Source: Anthoceros angustus (taxonomy: Eukaryota > Plantae > Anthocerotophyta). From it: a DNA stretch of 64,000 nt. Positions within the stretch are counted from its first letter, which is position 1, and every line of letters starts with the position of its first letter. The notes beneath the pieces are model-generated. The model did not search any database. It was not told where the DNA came from and was given only the letters and a program-made list of their open reading frames with translations. The stretch spans positions 732,644 to 796,643 of the forward strand of contig VJWM01000007.1 of assembly GCA_010909165.1 (NCBI GenBank). Direction: 5' to 3'. The translations under genes and the position numbers were made by a program. Of this stretch, positions 27,163 through 36,800 are shown piece after piece.

Positions 27163-27509
27163 GACGAAATGCGCTCAAGAGCGTGAGGAGCGAGTGAGCG
27201 CCACAGTGACGCCCTGGTCGTGGCAAGTCATAATAGGATGTGTTGGCAGAGGAGGAGGAAACTTGTGTGAGCTATGCCACAGACTTCCGAGTTGAGTCGT
27301 GAAGCGACGGGCCCTTGAGAGGCGGGCCGGGCACCCCTACGAATCAAAAGGAAAAGGAGACTCCTTGTCGTCGTCGGAACATGCCACACACTAGAGCAGA
27401 GAAGAGCACCGGCACCAGCACCAGCCCCGCCTTTAATCTAACGCTTCTGTGATTGTATCAAGCTTTTGACCGGTAAAAACTACTTGCTCACGGTATACGG
27501 ACCATACCA

Positions 27510-27575
27510 ACCGAGAGAGAGGAGGGACGGAGAGAGACGGAGAGACATAGAGGGAAAGAGAGAGAGAGAGAGAAA
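27510..27575. repeat. GA/CT-rich tract upstream of UBA2C (GAGA-type element)
   Basis: gagagagaggagggacggagagagacggagagacatagagggaaagagagagagagagag, about 350-410 bp upstream of the ATG. Confidence 0.7.
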
Positions 27576-27600
27576 GCGGAAGGCACCTAAAAGATCAAAA

Positions 27601-27848
27601 TAGGTCTAGGGGTCCTTCACCCATCTCCTCTCACCTTAATAAAACTTATTTTAAAAACTTACAAATAGGTTTAGGTGTTTTATAACATCTCGACCACCGC
27701 ATTAACCCCAGACCCACGAATCCATAGGTCTAGGGGTCCTTCACCCATCTCCTCTTACCTTAATAAAACCTATTTTAAAAACTTACAAATAGGTTTAGGT
27801 GTTTTATAACGTCTCGACCACCGCATTAACCCTAGACCCACGAATCCA
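27601..27848. repeat. Two near-identical tandem copies of a 124-bp unit
   Basis: Copies start taggtctaggggtccttcacccatc at 27601 and 27725 and end ...acccacgaatcca; they differ by a few substitutions. Confidence 0.95.
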
Positions 27849-27911
27849 TTCAAAATGAGTGCTTGACACCAATTTTTTTAGTGAACATATGGTGGATTTC
27901 ATGCATACCGG

Positions 27912-28252
27912 ACCCCGAGGGGTGGTTCAACAGAATAATGCCGAAATAATTATTTTTTGAAAAAAATAAGGTTCAACATAAATATTTATATTTTTCAAAA
28001 TTTCAACATTTACAAAAAATAATTTTATCAGATTTCAACATTTATTAAAATAAATAGGTATATATATAAAACTAATGGATATGTATAGACCTTCCCTAAA
28101 TAGCCCTAATTTTCCACACAAACCCTAATTTCCTTATTTTCGGCATCATAAACTCATAAATTTTTACCTATTCAACATTTTAAGTATAATAATTTCTGGA
28201 TTTTCAACTTTTACTAATTTTAATTAATTAACGCCGAATCACCCCTTGGGGT
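27912..28252. mobile_element. MITE-like AT-rich element with imperfect 17-bp terminal inverted repeats
   Basis: accccgaggggtggttc (27912-27928) matches the reverse complement of gaatcaccccttggggt (28236-28252) at 15/17; very AT-rich interior; no clear TSD. Confidence 0.45.
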
Positions 28253-28796
28253 ATGGGTAGTAGCCCCGTAGGGCTTTTTACAACAGTGCGCCCGTATGAC
28301 TTTTTACAACAGGCATTCCCCATTCCCGCAGGACACTTTTATAAGAGGAGGCCCGTAGGGCATTTTTATAACAAGGGATGGGATAGGGTGATCTAACTCA
28401 AGGGTGCTTGATCGTGCAGTCGAATGGACCATATCCACATGTCACTCCCGAAGAGAGGACGTTGACTCTTTCTTACTAGTATCTTTTTTTCCTTATTTAT
28501 TTTCTGCCCACCATTCCTTTGAGTAAATTATACCAATACTATTTTACATTTGTCTATTGATTTTGCCAAAAGAAAGACCTCCTATCGTCCGAGATATGAA
28601 AAATGCTCATGAACCACCATGGCATGTGAGAGGTTGGCGTGCCCTTGGCTTCTCTCCACCATTGCTCTGTGCATTTTTCACATGCGGTCACAGCTTACAA
28701 GACATGTATATTGTTTTTGAGGGGTCCGTTGTGTTATTTCTTGTTAGTGGTTCTAAGGTTTTTTAAGTGTTTGAGAAACTGGTGGACTCTGTAGAG

Positions 28797-29545
28797 TGGT
28801 ATGTTAAAGTTGTCGCACGAGGTAAGCACTTGAATTCACATAAGCACTTCCTCGACAAACAACCAAGCAAAACAAATCTAATATGCAAATATATAGCTGC
28901 AAACCAATAACAACATGAGGAAGTAGCTCGCACATCGTGGCACAAACACACTCTCCCCACGAGAACAACACGCAAATTCCTCACACATCGCTCTCGGAGT
29001 CATAGCTTTGGCCTCTTCACAACACCCTTGCATTGCATATCTAGAGGACAAGCTATGATCTGAGCTTATTCAATGGAAGGGTCTATATATACTAGCCCTT
29101 GGCACTGGCATATTCCTAAGATATCCTATTGGCATGCCGGAAATATCCTAAGAATACACTATAATATGCAAGGAATATGCTAAAGCATATTACTTGAGCT
29201 TATCCACTTAGCTATTGTATCCTAAGAATACACTATAATATGCAAGGAATATGCCAAAGCATATTACTTGAGCTTATCCACTTAGCTATTGCTAACCATG
29301 TTCAATTAACACTAATCAATGCTTAATTAACATAAGCACCATATATTAATTAAAACTCATCAATGCTTAAGGATAGGTAATTTAGATTAATTAATGCTAA
29401 TCAAAAACTAAACTCAAGTGCATAGATTAATATCACACAGCATGACAATTGTCGAACAAGGTAAGCACTTGAATTCATATAAGCACTTCCTCGACAAACA
29501 ACCAAGCAAAACAAATCTAATACGCAGATATATAGGTGCAAACCA
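28797..29545 (-). mobile_element. Probable 3' LTR of the PHD-bearing Gypsy element
   Basis: On minus, a purine tract (ggggagat) is followed by TGGTTTG at 29545; a TATATATAG box lies near 29085; the candidate end is CATACCA at 28797. The first ~95 bp recur at 28906-28811, and a 74-bp tandem pair sits at 29144-29291. Confidence 0.55.
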
Positions 29546-29613
29546 ATCTCCCCTGATAATGTTAGACTCCAAGTCAAAATATTATCATTAGTAGGACTAC
29601 ATACGTACGCACC

Positions 29614-30345
29614 TCATGTAGTGCATTGTGCACAAAACCAATCTTCTTCGGGAATGTCGTCAAGAGGTGGTTGAACACAAAACATGTGGTATCCCCTATT
29701 GCACCGATCACAAAGAAGCATCACATCATCATCAACAGTACGTCCACAAACCTGACACTCCAAGTCTTTGGGTGGATGCCACATTGTAGGCCGTAGTTGA
29801 GGGTCCAAATTGGGTAAGTGGCATGGTGCGCAGTTCTTGAGGTGAACCTTCGATCTTTGCCTATTCGCACGACCCACAAGATGACTCTGCTAGTGGATAC
29901 CTCCAAGGTGTTGCCTGGCTTCCGATGCAAGTAGATATAATCTCCAACTTCAAACTTGCTCACCTTGAGGTTCCATGTCCCTCCTCTTGATCCCTGTGTT
30001 GCGCTATGGCAAGGTTCTCCATTGCCATGGGCATGATCCATCTGAAAAGCTCTGCCCGCCTTTCCAGGTCTCATAGGCAGTCATCTGGATTGCGCCAATC
30101 CACTGGTGCTTGTAGCATTGCTTGCCTCACGTTTGGCAAAAATGGTTGTCGCCCATACAACAAGAAGTATGGCGAAAAATTGCTTAAGGCTGCTTGATTG
30201 CTCACCCTGTATCCTAGCACTAGGTACGACATCCCATCATCCCATGTCTTCGGGTCATTCGTGAGACAATACTTCCGCAAGGCCCGCTTGAACGTCTGCA
30301 CCAAGCGTTCAGCAAGTCCATCAGCTTGAGAATAACAGCATAATA
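29614..30345 (-). pseudogene. Ty3/Gypsy integrase C-terminal half ending in a PHD finger (frameshifted, 5'-truncated)
   Basis: SQADGLAERLVQTFKRALRKY...W...YRVSNQAALSNFSPYFLLYGRQP (integrase core end), KFEVGDYIYL, then CQVC..CDRC..H..C..WFCAQC (C4HC3 PHD, 29758-29620) before TGA. Confidence 0.85.
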
Positions 30346-30366
30346 CTTGAAGCGGCTCAATGTACA

Positions 30367-30440
30367 AAGCCACTTCCCACCGAAAAGAAGCCACTTCCCA
30401 CCGAAAAGAAGCCACTTCCCACCGAAAAGAAGCCGCTTCC
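30367..30440 (+). repeat. 3.5 tandem copies of a 21-bp unit at the Gypsy / DNA-transposon junction
   Basis: aagccacttcccaccgaaaag at 30367, 30388 and 30409, plus partial aagccgcttcc. Confidence 0.95.
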
Positions 30441-30719
30441 GGGAAATCTCAATAGTAACCAAAACCGCCGTATAAGTGTGTGTCCGCAACGTGTAAGGGG
30501 CGAGATGTGCCTTGACTGTATGATCGATTACGTGTTTTTAAACTCAGGGTAATGGTGGTTAAGGTCCGCCCGGCATGCGAGCCTTCAATGTTGCACTGAT
30601 GCCATAACTATGACGTGATATGGAGAACCCCATGACAAATATGTTCCTCCCCTAAGATCCTTTGTGGTCGGTCATTGGGAGAGGTGGGTAGGGGAGGGAG
30701 GGGGAGTTGGCGGTGTGAA

Positions 30720-31185
30720 TGCCATAGGCACATCTCGCAGGGTGATGATGGCAACTTTGATTGTTGTGCATCTTACTGTGTTTTTAACCTTGGAAATTGG
30801 CATCTTAAAAGAGACTCGCATACTATGGTGTGTATATGTTATGTGCAGAGAAATATCAAACAGCATTGGACGCCCACCGCGAGCGACTTTTAGCAGAGCG
30901 TACGAAGATGACAAAACATCGGAGCAAGAGTTACGTGGAACCACATAAGTATATTTTACTATCTATCGATGGCATGGACCAGAAGAAGACAGAGATACCG
31001 CACATGTTGAGGTGGCCAAAAAATCTAGATGAAGAATGTCGCATTTCCGTTCACGTGGTCGGTTGCATGATCCACAACTACACCCACAAAGCCAGAGCGT
31101 TTTTGCACTACGCCAACCTTCGGAATGATGCCAATTTGACTATCAGCGTCATTCAAGATGTCATCCACAACTATGGTGGTGTCAC
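30720..31185 (+). pseudogene. N-terminal fragment of a DNA transposase (Sola-like / DUF7869-type family)
   Basis: ...H...ER.KM.KHR.KS..EP.KYILLSIDGMDQKKTEIPH...ISVHVVGCMIH...NDANLTISVI. The IDGMDQ.K..P and D/ANLT pattern is typical of this family. The downstream QLDN/ENKN and GHTHED-type motifs are absent (truncated). Confidence 0.55.
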
Positions 31186-31194
31186 CATAGGGCG

Positions 31195-31530
31195 CGGCAT
31201 GCGGCGCCTCAGGGTGCCTTCCCAAGGAGGCACCCTAGCACGTTAGGTGGTGTGTGCAATCGGAGGCACCACCGGCCGCTAGTGGTAGTGGGCGCCACCG
31301 AGGGCGAAGAAACAACATGCTGGAGCCATGGAGCTCTCTATGCACAGGGTGGAGACGTCAGAGGAGGAAGGGCACGGGCATGCCGGCGCCCTCCTTCCCT
31401 CCGATGGTGTGGGTGCGGGGCGCCGGCATGCCGCCCTCCTTCCCTCCGATGGTGTGTGGGTGCGGGCGCGGCATGCGGCGCCCCTTTCGGTGGAAGGTGG
31501 GGATGCAGGGCGCCGGCATGCCGGCGCCCC
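31195..31530. repeat. Cluster of GC-rich palindromes with a GCATGC core, partly in ~49-bp tandem units
   Basis: Perfect 22-bp palindrome gggcgccggcatgccggcgccc (31508-31529), plus related copies near 31195, 31377, 31425 and 31470. Confidence 0.85.
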
Positions 31531-33820
31531 ATCTGTGAGCCGTGCAGAGATGGAGAACCCAGGGGCTCGGGGGAAGAGGAAGACTTCCTCATTTGACCCA
31601 CCTGGAGGCAACAGTCGGACTCACAGTGTGGATGCCGCAGCAAATACGAGGCGGAAGAAAGGAAAACGCGTCGCACGGCCTTCCAATAGCAATGACATTC
31701 CAACTGTACATGTGGCCACAGATGGGGAGCGACTACAGGCGTCTATGTTGGATGAAGATTATTTGAGAAAACTGCGGGAATCGGCGTATGCAAAGAAGGT
31801 GGTTCCAAAAATCGTTTGTGAAGCTCGAGAACTTGAGGCTGCATCATTTCGACTCCGTGCACGGATCCGGAATGTGGATGAGGCTGGGCTAACTATTTGG
31901 CGTGTGATAGCAAAAAGGACGATAGAGGAAGGAGTCCTCCCGCCTGTATGATTGACCCATCGAATGCGGGGATATCAAAGCTGGGATCAAGTTTCGGGCT
32001 AAGAAGTACGTGATGGGAGTCTTAGGTGGCAATCATACATATGCCGCCATGAAGCACCTTGCTGACATATCGCCAAGGAAGGCAAGGTTCCAATGGATGG
32101 AGGCCCATGTTTATTGTGCGCTTACTATAGAGGAGATGAGGATATTGGCAACAGACCACAACACGATGTCTGACAAGAGGAAAAAGATGAATTTCATCGA
32201 ACAAGTTAGGTACCTGCGAGATGAGCTCCAAATTGCAAAGCAAGATGGTGTGACCATGAGCATGAACTGGAAGTTTAACCTTTATAAGGTGCTTGGGCTA
32301 ATAGAGGACGATGAAGGCCACGATGATGAGCAATATAAACAGAACAAGGTGGACAACAGGACACATATTCTATGCATTGCGAAATTGGAGGGAATGGTTT
32401 AGGAGAATGTTGATAGTATTTTCACAAAGTGGGAGGCCATGGAGCTACCGGAGCAGTAAAGCATGTGGCGGGACCAGCAAGAAGAGCAAAGGAAAGCATA
32501 AAGTTGGTGATGAAACAAAGTCTGTTGAAGGTGTATTCGGCGAAGAAATGCAGGGCAAGCCATGGCGCGATTTCAAGGTATTCCTCCGGGGAGGCGAGAA
32601 GATGCTAATTAGTGTGTGAGAAGGTGTTGTCTTCTAGACACGAATGGAATGTCAAGGAGGTGACAACTGCGGAAGAAATTTCATGTCATACAAGTGGCTA
32701 TGGCAAAGCATCGGGTGTAGTTCATTCGACATGGTGAGAGACGAATACCCACTACACTCATCGGATGCGATGTCGCGAGGTTCCAAACCGCTTTTGAGGG
32801 AAAGGTATGTCCTTCTATGTCCTGTTGATTAGATTGGTTGAAGGCGGCGCTTGGCACCTGTCGTTTTTCTTTTTCAAGCGGGAAGGAAGAGAGGCGGGCG
32901 CCTCTCTCTTCTCCATGTGATTGTGAAGCTTTAGCGGCTGTTGTCTTCGTCGTGTAAAGATGTTGAAGACCAAGAAATTGCCGAGGATTTTCAAGCTTTC
33001 ATACTAGAGGTGCACACATGGAAAGGCTTGGAGGACGAACAAAGGGCACTTGCAGACATGGACATGGAGGAAGGGCTCCAATCTTTCACGGTGCCAAAAA
33101 CGGAGAATATTGTGAACTACTAGGTGGTATCAAGAGATGCCTTGGACATGCGGGGGTTTTTACGGGTTCGAAGGTACACGCTATTGTTGATGGATGTGCC
33201 CAGGGTATTCAATAAGGGACAACATGATGTGAAGATGGATCAGGCACAGGTGAACACCATTTTCCATTCTTTCCATGACATGACAAGTTGCTCGGAGATT
33301 AGATTGATAGTCATGCATGGAGTAGAAGAGCTGCACATGGTGAGAGAGGCAATGCGGAAGTGGTGCACAGGTGGAGGGATGGTCTCCTTCGTTTGGGATA
33401 AAGCGAATATGCACTGTGACCAAGGAGGCTATGACACATGGAGTACATCACGGTGGGGTGGGGTTTCACCTCCGGCAACAAGATCGGGAAGATGTCTATG
33501 CTCCCGAATAACTTGCGGGCTCTTTCAACAATGGGCGTCGTCCTTGCGCGACAACTTGTGAAGAAGTCATTGTATATGTCATTTGACAAGTGGTGGTATG
33601 TGCATACCGAGGCCTCTAGGCACGATGATGAAGCTCATCAAGAACTTTTGAAAGAGGCGGGTTACGGATGTATGTCTTTGGGAGTGGTACTACGACATTG
33701 GCAGGGCTGCTATGTGGACGCAATTGTATTGCTGTCGATATTGATAAGCGGTGTGCGGAGTTTATTCCATAGAGGATCCATGGATATGAAGTGCTGCTAG
33801 ACGCCGAGGAGGAATTGACT
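31330..33820 (+). pseudogene. ParB/Srx-like domain fused to a beta-class N4-C/N6-A DNA methyltransferase-like domain, decayed
   Basis: ParB-like part: RIRNVDE...GVLP...MIDP...GVLGGNHTYAAMKHL (32025-32039) ...VYCALTIEEMRILATDHN. MTase part: LLLMDVP (motif IV-like, 33193-33201), VSFVWDK, EYITVGW, RPLGTMMKLIKNF (motif X-like, 33610-33648), and VTDVCL/GSGTTTLAGLLCGRNCIAVDID (motifs I-II, 33661-33745; needs removal of one T at 33679). Several stops and frameshifts. Confidence 0.75.
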
Positions 33821-33825
33821 CATGA

Positions 33826-36800
33826 GCCGCACCGTTGGGGACCCTCCCGTCTCCTGTGGATTGGATCTCTCACCCTCTTTTTGCTCCTGTCCACTCCCCA
33901 AATTTTGTCTTCTTCCCAATGTGTGGGGCAAGTACAATTATGCCCCTTCCTCCAATTCCGCGGGGCAACGCCCTGACTCCTCCCCTCATCCAGCAATCGC
34001 GCCCCCCTCCGCGCACTCAGGCGCCCTTCTTTCCAGCCTCCGCCGCCTGGCCGCGCTCCTGCTACCAGCACACTACCGCGGTAGTCTGGCAGACTACCGG
34101 GGTAGGCTGACTACCCTGGCGAAACCCGGGACTTAGAGCTTCCCCTTCTGGCCCACTTATCCCACTGCCGTGACGTTGGGTTTCGTCCCATGAGACTTGT
34201 GTGAAAGCTCGAGGCCTTGCGATAACCGAACACTACCTGCAGAGACACACCTTCTCAGCCTTTTAAACAAGCAAGGCGCCCTCTACTCTCCCTCTTACAG
34301 CAGCTGCACCACTTGCACTGCTCCGAAAATCACCAATCCTCGACCTACAACGACACAACACAATTGCAGGTCCTGCCTTAGTAGCGAGGAGCCTATCACG
34401 GGCGCCCAGGGACCCCCTGATCCACACCGCAATTTCGTCCCTACTTCTAAGACCAATCTTCTCCACTCAGGGAGCGCCCTTTTACTTGCAGATTTGGGAT
34501 TCGTCCCTTAGGCTCTGCCTGTGGCCTTCCACTAACACCTACACTTCTAATCCTCTACTCATCTTCTCATCCTCTTCCTCCTATTCTAACCTCGCTCATC
34601 TTTCCTCGCCTTACGGCACAACTGCCTGGGGTCGGCCTCCACCAGCAAGTTCTTCCTTGGGCCGGTTGCTATGAGTTTGACACCAGTGAGAACCTCCAGG
34701 GAGTCTTTCCCTGTGGATCTACCCTCAAGCCGAGAGTTCCCCGGGCATTGCCACACACCCAAAGCAAAGCAATTTCAAAAGAACCATTCACAAGGGAGCA
34801 ACTCGTTTAGGCACTTGCAGCGAGCAAGTCCTCCACCAAGCACTCCGACCACCGCGACTTCCTCTCTACCACGCGTTGGCTCACGCACGAAATTCCTTTA
34901 CAAGGCAAAGGACTCGGGAGTATGGGCGCAAGACATGATACTTTACTTTGTGAAATCCTCCTCCTCTTATAGGAGGCCTTCCACATACAACCTCCCTTGG
35001 GTGACCTACCGCAGTCACCTTTTCCAATATTCTATTATTTCCTACACTTGACATTTAAGGCCTGGCATCTAAGTCTACTGTCTGATCCTAGGTAAATTCT
35101 ATTCTAGCAACTTCACCTGTGGTCATCCTTAAAGAATGTCAGTCTACTCCAACTATCCCCCCTATTCTTCCTCTTATCATTTATGGTCTTTGACCACACC
35201 TAGTCCTCACCCTGTTGGGATAGTGACGTGTCCTTGGTGGATTGGGACCCTCGCCCTCCTTTTGCTCTCGCCCCTTCCCTCTTTGCCTTCCTAATGTGTG
35301 GGGCAAGTACAATCTGCCCCTTCCTCAACTCAGCGGTGGCGCCTTGATTCCCCATCCTCCGGCAATCGCGCCCCCTCAGCGCACTCGGGCGCCCTTCCTT
35401 GACCTCCGCCGCTGGTCGCTCGCCCATCGGCACCCTACGGTGGTGACTACCATGGTAGTTGGTCCTTTTCTCCTTCTTCTTCCTTCCATCGGTGAGGCTT
35501 CGGTCAAGATCTCCATTGCTCTTTGCCTTCTGTTTGATTTGTCCATACCTACCATAGAGCATCTTCAAAGAGTCTTCATCCCCATTGCCACCATCTCCTT
35601 CTAATCCTCCGGGCCTTTTGCTGGACTCCTCCGGGCCGGTTCCTCCCTTATTCGTGGGGTGAGGAATTCTCACCCCTCCTCTTCCCGACGGTTGACCCGT
35701 CCTTGCTCTCCTCGGTGGGGTTGTCTCCACCGCCGCCTCCTCCTCTGTTTGGGACAACTTCCCTCCGGGACCTTCTCATCCTCTTCCTCACCACCGGCAT
35801 CCTGCACCACCTTCTCCTCCTCCTCCTCCTCCTCCTCACCGCGTAGTCCGACACAGTGTGTACTACCACGGTAGTCTGCAGACTACTCGGTAGGTGGTCA
35901 CCTACCGTGGTAGGGTGACCCCTGTGAGGCGGCTGTCCCCCTCCTTGCTCTCCGCCATCTTCTCCTTCTTCCTTGGGCGCTCTCTCCATCCTCCTCGACT
36001 CCCTGACTGAGTCCATGTCACTTGTGGCCTCATCAAAATCTGAGGCCTCCGGATGCACTTGTTGCAGCTCCTTCCGGTCATCATCATGAGGAGCTATTGT
36101 CCTCCTCTTGGCCAAACGTAAGACTTTGTTGTTGGCCTTCAAAATTCTGTTGTGGAGGTGAGCCCCCCAAGCTGTGGTAATGCATTTGGAGATCATCAAT
36201 CTTCGTGGGCCACTCTCCATCCTCACACCTACCTTGTAGGCGTCTTTCGTGGTGGTCAATTCCCCCACCTTCACATGGAGGGTTACATTCTCCTCCCTCA
36301 CTTCTCTTAGCTGGTTGGCCAACTTTGCCTGTAGGGCATAATCTGCCCAAAATCTCCTCTTCCTCACCACCAGCATCCTATGCACCACCTTCTCGTGGTG
36401 CTCCTCCTCTTGGGACCTCCTCCGCTCAGTCTCTAATTGTTGCAAGCCCTTCCCTTCGCCACAAGCACCCTTCTCGCGCTCCAACTCCTTGCTCTCCGCC
36501 ATCTTCTCCTTCCCTCCGCCTCCTCCTGTTAACCGGGTCCTTCGCAATTCTTCTTCCATGTCCGGATTTTGATGGCTTGGGTAGCCATCACTGCTCTGTC
36601 GTCCATTTGCCGGACCGCCACCTTCTCCCTTCGAGCCTCGTTTTGCCCTTCGCTCTTGCTCTAATTGGGCAAAATGCTCTTCCGCCTATGCTCCATGAGT
36701 CCCTTGGGTGGTTGCCCGAATGCCTTCTCCGCTTTGGGACAACTTCCCTCCGGGACCTTCTCCGCTCATCCACAGATCGTGGAGTTTCTCTGACCTTCTC

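Noticed and set aside
27175-27231. 18-codon uORF upstream of UBA2C
   Set aside because: Present in sequence, but the TSS and 5' UTR splicing are unknown and there is no conservation evidence.
30367-30440. 21-bp direct repeats as a CRISPR array
   Set aside because: No spacers between units, no cas genes, eukaryotic context.
31205-31240. Helitron 3' end (hairpin plus CTAG)
   Set aside because: CTAG overlaps the stem instead of lying 10-15 nt downstream; no Rep/helicase remnant seen.
31330-33820. Bacterial contamination as the source of the ParB-MTase region
   Set aside because: It is decayed by stops and frameshifts and embedded between plant retroelement fragments, with no operon-like neighbours.
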